From IMG/VR virus record IMGVR_UViG_3300044675_005263, positions 1 to 64,000 of that record: a stretch of DNA of 64,000 nucleotides; one strand, given 5' to 3'. The notes beneath the pieces are model-generated. The model made no database searches and was not told the DNA's origin. It saw only the letters and a list, made by a program, of their open reading frames with translations. The translations under genes were made by a program, and so were the position numbers. Below, piece after piece: positions 50,674 through 59,795 of this stretch. Each line of letters opens with the position of its first letter. Position 1 is the stretch's first letter. Source of the stretch: a virus.

Positions 50674-50833
50674 GGGTGTCCTTTCGTCGTTTCGCACCCC
50701 CAAAGTGCGATAAGGCAACTCTAGCAGAAAACATCATAGAGGCAAAATTAGCCTAAGCGTGTCGTAAAAATAGTTCTGCCCCAACGCTAAAACGACGAAT
50801 AAAAGCGTGGGGCAGAATCTTGTTTTGATCGTA

Positions 50834-51431
50834 TTAGGAAATAGAGATTTCCTTTACGATTTCAGGGTCAGGGGTAAAAACTGGCTTCTCCTTATGAAGC
50901 TTTAGTCCAAATTTCTTGAACTCTTTATTAAAGGCTTTATCCTTCTGTGGTCGTCCTGCTTCTACCCACTCGGAAATGACTCGAGCTGCTAGATACCTTT
51001 CCTCGTCCTTTGCTTCCATGACCATAAGGAAGTCCTCCCGGATCCACGCACCAGTTCCAATCACCGTTATCTGATTGGCGTTACCGTAGTTCCCGTCGAT
51101 ATCGAAATAATGTAATCTCATTTTTTACCTCTCTTGTATTCCCACTCCGTTAGGGTAGCACGCCCAGACATTTCCATCTGGGCACGCCGACCTCGAATTA
51201 TTTTTTCCGGGCTTTCTTCAGCATCTTGGATATTTTCTTGAGTTCGTCCTCGCCAAGTTCCACGCCGATTTCGTATGCAACATCTTTGGCGTATCCGTTA
51301 TCCATGGACTCTTCCAACTCCGCTTTATAGATTGGGTCAAGCCCGTTCATGTCCTCGTCGTCAAAGATATAGGCGGTGTCCGATAGGGCGAACCAAGTAT
51401 CCGTTCCAGTATGGCAAACATATAGGGTCAT
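50834..51431 (-). CDS. Two hypothetical ORFs (50834-51121, 51198-51431)
   Basis: GAGGT RBS. Confidence 0.65.
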
Positions 51432-52033
51432 GCCGATACCTCCGCTTCCTCTTCCTCGTCCTCTTTATAGTTAGGGCAATCCGAGTAGTAAGAACATTCC
51501 TCGGGGTCTTCAACGCATGGACATTCCTCGCCCATCTTCTCCCAGCAAGCGTGGTCAATCTCGCCACCCTCTTCGCTGAACTCCTCGCCGTTCTGGTAAA
51601 TAACAATCCCCCAGAAGCACATGCCAGTCTCATTGTATTTGTGTTCAATACAAAGAGTAGGGAAGATTTCGGCAAGCCGAGCAATCGCTATATCTGGTGG
51701 AGACCAAGCCGAATCAAAAGAGTAGGAAAGTGAATCAGTAGATTCGCTGAAATAAACTGAGTCCTCGCCACAAACATCCCACTTAGTTCCCCAAGAGTTG
51801 ATGTGGTTGTGATACCAGTCCTCGTCTCCTTGAGACCTAAAAGCCTCTCCAATTCTTGGCTCTGCATCTTTTGTTGGAGTAGTGATGTTGTAAAGAGAAA
51901 AGATTGGATTTGCAATCTCTTCAACAGTTCCTTCAATGGTTCGCTTGATTGGGCGACCAACAAACTCCTTAAGATTTTTTAGAGTCTCTTGGTCCCCGGA
52001 AATGTTTATTGTATTTGAGCACCAGTTAGGCAT
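51428..52033 (-). CDS. DUF1281 / YubB ferredoxin-like protein
   Basis: MPNWCSN, WGTKWD, FDSAWSPP. Confidence 0.8.
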   Translation of the reverse strand: MPNWCSNTINISGDQETLKNLKEFVGRPIKRTIEGTVEEIANPIFSLYNITTPTKDAEPRIGEAFRSQGDEDWYHNHINSWGTKWDVCGEDSVYFSESTDSLSYSFDSAWSPPDIAIARLAEIFPTLCIEHKYNETGMCFWGIVIYQNGEEFSEEGGEIDHACWEKMGEECPCVEDPEECSYYSDCPNYKEDEEEEAEVSA

Positions 52034-53212
52034 TGTTCTCCTCGTGTTCTATTACAGATTGAGTTATCTCTAACCCAAGAGCCTGAATCTCTTTTCCCAA
52101 ATCGTCAATCGCTTCATCTATGTTTTGACGAACATCAAAGTAATCCCATGGATTTTCGTCAGTCTTTGGTGAGCGAATGTATTGCAAATCAACTGCACAT
52201 GAGACAGCAATGTTGATTACCTTGATTGCGTTCTCATCACCAGCCAAATACTTTTCTGCTAGTTCTTGATACATGTTTTCCCTTTCGTCATTTGTAGTTT
52301 TATTATAGCGATTTACAATCGCTTATTCAACTTCCACCACTCGGAAGTTTTCATCTTCCAAGATAGAAACGCTGAAGTCCAAGTCAATCCCTCTATTGCG
52401 CTCCCCAACTTCAGGGAGGTCGTTGATGTTGATTTCATCATCCATTACTTGCTTTAGAAGAGCCTTTGCCTCTTCATCATTCTTTGCCTCAAACCAAACT
52501 TGGTTCATTGAGATTTCGTTGAATCTAAACGAGTATTGCATTTTTTCCCTTTCGTCATTTGTGGTGTTGGGGAACGAGTTTTTGTTCCTAGGACTTCAAC
52601 CCTATTCAGCATCAGCAAATAGAATCTGCCCCAACAAGCCAAACTTATCATACCTTTCTAGATAAGTGCAACAACACGCCAGAAAGTTTTTGACACTAGA
52701 CATCTTGGTAAATGAAATTGTTTTTTCCCGGCGACCTGGTCCCTCCACACTGGCAACAGCGAATTATTATTTCCGGGTCCAGGGCCTGGCCGCCGACGCT
52801 GTCGCTAAATTATATTTTCCGGGGTGTCATCATTTGCTGCATCAACGATTCTTGTGCGTGCAACTGCAACATCATAAAGTTCGTTGTACTTGACCAAGTT
52901 GTAGATGTCCTCGCAGAACATCTCGGCGGCAGCAATCTGGAGTTCGTCATCCGTCATTGTTATTTCCGGGTCTGTCTGAAGCTGGTCGAGATCGAACTCG
53001 AGTTCTATTTTCGTAACTAACTTTCTTGTCATCCGTTACTCCTCACACTCGCAGAGATGTCCACAGGTATAGCAGACCCACGCCGTTGTCAGGTGGGTGT
53101 AGTACCCATATCGTCTCTCGCCGTGAAATCCTTCAGAGTAGGCGTACCAACGCCCGTCATCTTCCTGAAAGGTGGCTCCGTCTATCTCTCGAGTCTTTTC
53201 TAATGAAATCAT
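52026..53212 (-). CDS. Four small ORFs (52026-52274, 52323-52541, 52805-53032, 53036-53212)
   Basis: RBS-preceded acidic ORFs. Confidence 0.65.
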
Positions 53213-55312
53213 TTTTTACTCCGTTTCTATTAAAGATACGGCGCACCCTTGCCGTGTCACTGCACGAACTTAAAGGGCACGCCGTAATATCTATTTGTTT
53301 TTTAAATTGCTTCTTCCAAACTGAAAGGTGCGCTCGCCGTCAAGCCCGTTGCGTTGCGGTAGAGCCGTGCCCCTTCTTGCCAGTCAGCCCACGAGCCGTC
53401 CGAGCCGATGCTCACCAAACTTCCGTATACCTGCTTGAGGTGAATGAGGCAAGCCGTTACTACAGCGTCGTATGGTTTGTATGCCGTCTTTGTAAACCCG
53501 AAGCCCGATGAGTTGATAGACCAGTCAAAGGTCTCGTGTGAGTCTGGACCGTAGCCGTTGAAGCGGACACTTTCTTTTGTGCATTCCCACTGGCCGAGAT
53601 GGTCGCCCATTGCATCGGCAAGTTGAATCTTTTCCACGTTGGTGGCGTATTCAATAATGGTCCGAGCCCCGTTCATAAACATTTCAAATCTCAAAGCATC
53701 TTCTGGTGAGGTGCCTGTTTTTGTGTAGTAGTGCGTGTATCCCACGGTGTTCCCTTCGTCATTTAGCAGAGTGATTTCTGCTGCAGGATTTATCATAGAG
53801 GGTCGTTTCTTTCTGTGTCAAGTATTGATGAGAAGTATTTCTAGAGTCGACCTATATCCAAAACGGGCAAAACAAATTGTTACTTCCGGGAGGAGGCGGC
53901 CATCCTGGATCCGTCTTCTTGAAGTTGTTTGTTCCGGGCTTGATGCACTGCAGCTGCGGGCTCTAACGTCACATTATATTTTCCGGGCTCCTGGATCCGA
54001 GCTCGGTCCCTCGGTTTTAAAGTTGAGTCGACATGACTCAAGTTTGCAGTACTTGCATTAATCCATCGATGAGATCTGAAGTGCAGCGCAGCTGTGATCC
54101 GCTGTCAAGTTGTTATTTCCGGGTACCGTATGTCCGCTTTGCGAGCACTTGCTCGCAAAGTCTAATCACCCTGTCAAGTGCTTGTCAAGCTACACGCACC
54201 GTTAAGTTATTTGTTCCAGGCATCGAGCTACAAGCTGCGTCCCATAACTCACACCGTTATATATTTGCGAGCGCTATACCCATGCCGCTCTTTGAATCCC
54301 AAGCCGTTTGCAAGCTGCAGCTGTAATCCCAAGCCGATGTTTTATTTTCCGGGCAAAATTCTTCGGGCCCGATCCGTCTTCACGTTTGTATTGTATTTTC
54401 CGGGACAGCTGGACCTGTTGGTCCCGTTGGTCCCGTTGGTCCTCGCCGCTGCGGGTTATATTATATTTTCCGGGCTTGATGCAAGCACGCCGCCTCCGCC
54501 TCCACCGCCGCCAGTGTATCTTGCCGCTGTCGTCAAATTATATTTTCCAGGCTGGAGGAGCTGCATCCCGGCCCTGGCAAATAGATTTGTTTTTTCCAGG
54601 TGATCCAGATCCATCCTGGCACGCCGCCGTGCTCAAGTCAAGTTATTAGTTCCGGGCATCGGATCTGCAGCTGCTGTTCCCATCTGAGTTGTTAGTTCCC
54701 GGACCAATCCGATCAATACGATCAATCCGATCAAAGTTCTCTATATAGAGTAATTTCTTATTTAGAATCTGGCCAGGTAACGAAGTTTAATCAAGTTAAT
54801 CCTATTGATCGGTTTGATCACGCTTAGTTGGATATCCGTCATCTATTCGATTCAGGCGTACAAGGTTAGAATTAAGTCTGTCCGTCAACTTCGGATCTGC
54901 AGCTAGCTACACCCGGAAGTAACAACTTAGATAGATGGCGAGGAAGGCGAGGAAGGTTTTCAAAAAGCTCACCGTTATATATTCAGGCGTCCCTATCCCA
55001 CGCCGCTAGTTGAAACTTCAACTACTCGTGGGTAAATAACAATCTGCGATTCCCTTGCCGCTTGCCGCTTTGATACTTGACAACCGTTAATATAACTAAT
55101 ACGCTATCCGTTAGCGTATTGGTTATATTAACTACAAGCGCACGCCGTTTCGGAAGTTAGAGTTGTTAGTTCCGTTAGGAGCTCTGCGGCAGCATTTGCT
55201 CTCGCCGTTACTCGGATGTGTTCTTCCCGTGTCTTGGCTAAATCAATATCCGCTTTCAAGCTCGCCGCTAGCTCTGCAGCTAGCTGCAACTGTAAGTTGT
55301 TATTTCCCGGCA
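52715..55312 (+). repeat. Dispersed array of AT-rich + TTCC(G/A)GG repeats, densest at 53875-54705
   Basis: About 18 copies, e.g. TTATATTTTCCGGG, nearly all in one orientation, mostly in non-coding DNA. Confidence 0.8.
53302..53745 (-). CDS. Conserved-looking phage protein (GTG start, MGYTHY..FNG..HETF..KTAYKPYD)
   Basis: GAAGGGA RBS before GTG 53745. Confidence 0.7.
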   Translation of the reverse strand: MGYTHYYTKTGTSPEDALRFEMFMNGARTIIEYATNVEKIQLADAMGDHLGQWECTKESVRFNGYGPDSHETFDWSINSSGFGFTKTAYKPYDAVVTACLIHLKQVYGSLVSIGSDGSWADWQEGARLYRNATGLTASAPFSLEEAI

Positions 55313-55313
55313 T
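55128..55313 (-). CDS. Small helical hypothetical protein
   Basis: Overlaps end of upstream gene. Confidence 0.5.
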   Translation of the reverse strand: MPGNNNLQLQLAAELAASLKADIDLAKTREEHIRVTARANAAAELLTELTTLTSETACACS

Positions 55314-56238
55314 CTGGATCTGGCCCGTCTTCCTCTTTGGCTGCGGTTGTTATGTCATAGACATCCGATACCTCGGCGTCAATTATTTTTACCCCGTCGT
55401 TGGCTAAGTTGCTTGCCGTATGTGCAGCACCTGCCGCTAGCCGTTGCAAACGTTCAGCCACGATAACGTGAGCTGGCCGCTCCCCAGAAATATCAACTCC
55501 GATATCCAGCTCGGTCCCGCCTCGCACGCCAGCACGGTCAAGTAGTTCCGTTGCTGCTTTGAGCTGGACTGGTTCGGATACTGCGTTCTCCATCAGTTCC
55601 TCGAGCTTATCCACAGCGTAGCTTGCCGATTGCATAATCTTGATTCGTGCCCGTTCGACATCTGCGCCCGGCCGTCTGATGCCTTTAAGGTGGACACGAC
55701 ACAGACCGTCATCTTTAACACGACCTGAGCCCCACAACATACATCGGATGCCGTCTGACTTAATCTTGGTACAGCGATGAGGCATAGCCGCTGGCGCTCG
55801 CTTTGAGGATTTCGGGCCAGTCTCTTGTTCTGCTTGCCATGTTCGGGTGGCGCCGATAACCCAAGGTGGGCAAATCTTTATAGCATCGTCATCGAGGAGG
55901 AGCTCGAGGCCCGTCAGGAAATCCGAGTTATTATTTCCCGGATCTAACAATAACGGTTTCTTCTCGGCCAAGCTCATCAGCCGCCTTTCTTTGATGGCTT
56001 CTTGTGAGCGGGCGGCAATCAACCCTGTCGGGGCGCCTGACTGGTCATAGACCGAATCCCAGTTGAGCATCGCCTTTCGAAGGGCGGCTCGATTCTCATA
56101 AGTATCTTCTACAACTCCCTTTTCAACTTCGAGCATGCCAAGAGCCGAAAGGTCAGGGCGATAGTCGATGGGGGTATCTACAACTGGTGTTGTATCTTCC
56201 GGGCCATCTTCAGGATCGAAGGGGGAGATGTCTGTCAT
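55300..56238 (-). CDS. Putative terminase small subunit
   Basis: C..C..CxxH Zn module, then AVDKLEELM..VQLKAATELLDRAG and IIDAEV tail typical of TerS-like proteins. Confidence 0.55.
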   Translation of the reverse strand: MTDISPFDPEDGPEDTTPVVDTPIDYRPDLSALGMLEVEKGVVEDTYENRAALRKAMLNWDSVYDQSGAPTGLIAARSQEAIKERRLMSLAEKKPLLLDPGNNNSDFLTGLELLLDDDAIKICPPWVIGATRTWQAEQETGPKSSKRAPAAMPHRCTKIKSDGIRCMLWGSGRVKDDGLCRVHLKGIRRPGADVERARIKIMQSASYAVDKLEELMENAVSEPVQLKAATELLDRAGVRGGTELDIGVDISGERPAHVIVAERLQRLAAGAAHTASNLANDGVKIIDAEVSDVYDITTAAKEEDGPDPDAGK

Positions 56239-56421
56239 GGTTGGTTGCCTGTTAAGTCGAGGATTTGTTTGATGGCAAATTCCTCAGCGGCTTGTGCATC
56301 TGCCAAAGCTTTTGCTTGGGCTATCTCTGCTGGTGTTGGTTCTGTTGGTGTTGACATTTTTACCTCTCTATGATAAGGAAGCCCCTAGAGTTTTTACCCC
56401 TAGGGGACAACCTTTTTACCC

Positions 56422-56715
56422 CTACTTCTTTTTTGCTGGGGCTTTCTTCTTTGCGGCCGCAGCTGTGGAAATCTTCTTTGTTACTTCCGCCGTCGCTGTT
56501 TCAGCGATCAGTCCGAAGGCTGGGTCACTCTTCTTTGCGTATCTGATTACAACAGGAACTAAGGATGCCCAGAGAGCATTGGCTACAAGAAGCCATTCGC
56601 TTGAACCGAAGTTAGTTGGACTGCCTACTCCGCTTGTTTGGCTAACAATGGTGATTGCACCAATGATTTGACCAAGCAAGTTTCTTAAGTAGGAGTCGAT
56701 CATTGCTTTGTTCAT
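56422..56715 (-). CDS. Holin-like membrane protein
   Basis: SYLR, two hydrophobic segments, DPAFG, Lys-rich tail. Confidence 0.6.
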   Translation of the reverse strand: MNKAMIDSYLRNLLGQIIGAITIVSQTSGVGSPTNFGSSEWLLVANALWASLVPVVIRYAKKSDPAFGLIAETATAEVTKKISTAAAAKKKAPAKKK

Positions 56716-56948
56716 GTATTACTCCATATCGTCAAACAGGGTGCTTGACATATGAACAATAGCACGATTAGGGGTAAAAAGATTTTTGCGCCCGTTGAGA
56801 GAGATACAAGGTGTTTTACCCTTTCATAAACAACACTTGGTTTGAGCGTGTTGAACTACGCACGGATTAGGGGTCTAATTACTGTTTCATCATAGAGGTT
56901 GTTGTACAGAAAGTTGTGTAAGTTGTTATATAAAAGTGCTTCTGAAAG

Positions 56949-57021
56949 CGCCCTCGGCAGGAGTCGAACCTGCGGCCAATCGGGTAGAAACCGAGTGCTC
57001 TATCCTCTGAGCTACGAAGGC
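56949..57021 (-). tRNA. tRNA-Arg(UCU)
   Basis: GCCTTCG/CGAGGGC acceptor stem, anticodon loop TT-TCT-AC, GCAGG-TTCGACT-CCTGC T-arm; CCA not encoded. Confidence 0.9.
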
Positions 57022-57129
57022 TAGTCTAAATCTTTCTTAGGGTGTTTGACTTTCCTATTATATTTCTTTTTGTTTTTGGTAGGGGTAGTTGCTGACGACC
57101 TACGCAGATCCATAAGTCGTCTAAGTTCC

Positions 57130-57369
57130 TCAGCTGTTTTGCTGAACCTGAACTTCATCTTGTCTCCAACCAATATAAGACTTCACATACACGACACCAT
57201 AAGCAATTGCAGCAATAATAAATCCATACTGCTTTGTTGTTAAAGCATAGACAATCCAAAGACATTCATTTAGAAAAAGGATTGGCCAACCCCAGATAGT
57301 CTTTCTGCCAACTAAGAATATTCCTGATACTCCTATGAGTGCCAGCAGATAAGACCAATACTCAGTCAT
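57130..57369 (-). CDS. PnuC-like small membrane protein (start MTEYW)
   Basis: Three TM helices with GRK..WGW..LW..Y....QYG. Confidence 0.55.
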   Translation of the reverse strand: MTEYWSYLLALIGVSGIFLVGRKTIWGWPILFLNECLWIVYALTTKQYGFIIAAIAYGVVYVKSYIGWRQDEVQVQQNS

Positions 57370-57474
57370 ACTTTGTTCTCCAGTTCTTACCATAGGCAAT
57401 ATAGCAACCAACTCGATTGAACCAATCAGCTGAGTCGTGAATAAACCAGAATGGCTTAGCTAATAACTTTCTCA

Positions 57475-58710
57475 TCAAATGTCTTCTACTACTTCATCGA
57501 GTTCAAACTCTTGACCTTCAACATAAGGCTTGTCATTGAAACCGTTTCTATCTGTTGCTAGTTCACCGTTTATTATATCTATAGCATGGCGTAGTCCAAG
57601 GGTGTAGAGAGTCTTGTCTTCATCACCATAAAGAGATTCCCAAAGGTTGATCTTGTCATTGAGTTGTCTTTGAATATCCATCTGGGCATCATCAATCGCC
57701 ACACCTAGGTGCGTTATGATTTTCATAGTTGCCTCTGTAGATATCTTACTTCCAGCCATCATAGAGTTAGTTACTTCTATAATTGGATTCGTAATATTGT
57801 CTTTAAGACTCATCAGACTTCCTCTCTACACTTTTGGCATAAAAATCTATCGTAGCCTTCCGAGGCTCCATCGAAAACTAACTTTCCAGTTTTGGTTAAG
57901 GGTACTGGATAAATCTGATGTTCGTCACCAGTAGCATCGCAACGGGCGCATGTTCGTTCGATCAACCACTCTGCAGTTGCTTTCTCTGGCATATTACGCA
58001 ATCCACGAATAAGTGCATGTAAAGCTCCACCACCCTCAGTTCGTCTAAGGAATGTTCGAGTATCACTTACAAGTAGAACAGGTAGAGGTGCTCTGCAAGC
58101 ACAACTCATTCCACCGTTAGGTTTACACAAGTAGCCGTCAGTTGGTCCTGACTTCCAAGGAATATCTTTTGGCTCAGCAGGTTTTTTGTGTTTGTTAATT
58201 GCGTGACCACAAATGCAGACTCTCCTATCTAGAGGTCCACCCTTTCGCTGTCTGTCATCAAACTCATCTACCTCATTAGGGTCAATACCCATCTGGGCTA
58301 GAAAATCATTGGGGCTACTCATAGATCGTCTCCCTCAGTTCTCAGTTGGTGGATGATTGAGGAAAACTTTTCTTCAGTCTCCATTTTCTCATGCATGTGC
58401 ATTAAGAACTCTTCCATCAACTTCATTTTCTTTCGTCGCTCCATAGCTCTAAATAAAAGCAAAGTTAGGTAGGTTGTCATAGAACAAACCCCACCCATAA
58501 CAGATCCCAATACAATTAAGTCCATCTGTGTCAATGTCATTCCGACTCCTCAACTAGTTCTAGAAAGGTTTTAAAAACTCCAACCAACTCTTTGACATCA
58601 TCTCTGAGCTTCTTACTTTCAGCCGTTAAATCTTTTATATCCTTTTGCATTCGCTTAATCTCTAACTCAACTCGAGTCAGTCGCTTTGCAATCTCTTCGT
58701 CTTTCGTCAT
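57475..58710 (-). CDS. Four hypothetical ORFs (57475-57813; 57813-58322 Cys-rich; 58319-58540 membrane; 58537-58710 coiled coil)
   Basis: Overlap-coupled ORFs. Confidence 0.65.
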
Positions 58711-58734
58711 TACTTCCTCACTTTCATCCTAGAG

Positions 58735-59095
58735 CCTATAGCACCTGATAGTCCATAGTCAATACTAAAATCAACTAAAACCATCCTTTAACTACTTTAC
58801 TATACACTATATACTATACAAGGTATACCCTACTATCTTTTGTGGGACCCTCATGTGTACGCACATAGCGTAAGACTATTTATAGTACAGTATACATAGG
58901 ATAGTGTATACTAACCATAGTAATACTATTGAAGACAATTTAGTTTGACTTATTTTTTTAGAATAGTATCTTTTGAAATACAGACTTTCCTGCACTTTTA
59001 GGGATCCCCTTTTTATCATAGAAAAAACAGCTTTTTAGACCCTACTCAGGTTTATAGTAAGGTATACTCTTAAACTGTATAGTACATAGTAATAT
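58735..59095. repeat. AT-rich tract with ACTAT/ATAGT repeats
   Basis: More than 12 copies in both orientations, non-coding. Confidence 0.65.
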
Positions 59096-59098
59096 CTG

Positions 59099-59758
59099 TC
59101 AAACTTGGTAAACAGTCTCCTTATGGTGGAGAACCCTGACCAAGGGGTCAACCCAAATCTTATAGCCAGCTTTCTTGGCATTATTGCAGAAAGAATAGTC
59201 CTCCCCAACATTGGTGTCAAAAGTCATGTCGTCCCAGCGAACCCTATCGATCAAGAACCAAGGTCGCTTCATGTTCTCTAGAACCTCAGCCTTCATAGCC
59301 ACAAAGCCAAATCCTACCCCACCCACCTCAACTGGCTCATCATCTAGCATAAAGTCAGTCTTATTGACCTTCATAGGTCTTCCTAGAAAGTCAGGCTTAT
59401 TCACAGCCACAGTCCCATTAGGATGGGTCTGATAGAGCCCTGAAATAATATCTAGGGGTGACTCAAGCAGCTTCAGGAAATCACCCACCTCCCACTCAAT
59501 GTCTGAATCAATCCAGAAGATCTTTCCACAGGTGAATGCCCCGGAACCAATAACTCGAGTTTCCCAGTTATGCGAGTAGGTATCCGTTGCGGTTAGTTCT
59601 CTGGCACTAGGGACAAAGGATGAATACTTATTGAGCCAAATATAGGAGATTCCCTCACTATCTAATCTGGCACAGGTTTTTACTAACGCCCTGACATATT
59701 CAGCTTTCATTGAATGTCCGGGGGTTGCTATTGCTACATCATAATGTTGCACACTCAT
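59099..59758 (-). CDS. GT-A fold glycosyltransferase
   Basis: IATP, WIDSDI, GFGFVAM, GEDYSFC, GYKIWVDP; start MSVQH. Confidence 0.8.
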   Translation of the reverse strand: MSVQHYDVAIATPGHSMKAEYVRALVKTCARLDSEGISYIWLNKYSSFVPSARELTATDTYSHNWETRVIGSGAFTCGKIFWIDSDIEWEVGDFLKLLESPLDIISGLYQTHPNGTVAVNKPDFLGRPMKVNKTDFMLDDEPVEVGGVGFGFVAMKAEVLENMKRPWFLIDRVRWDDMTFDTNVGEDYSFCNNAKKAGYKIWVDPLVRVLHHKETVYQV

Positions 59759-59795
59759 AGAGCATAGTCTATAGCAAGATAGTAAAATAGTCGAT

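Noticed and set aside
53735-54649. Plus-strand ORFs in the repeat array
   Set aside because: Recurrent YFPG/IFRG peptides are translations of the DNA repeat; no RBS
53875-54705. CRISPR array
   Set aside because: Repeats are short and degenerate, spacing is irregular, and no cas genes are present
58703-58712. Extra ATGACGAA box copy
   Set aside because: It is the ATG ACG AAA start of ORF 58710, not a leader element
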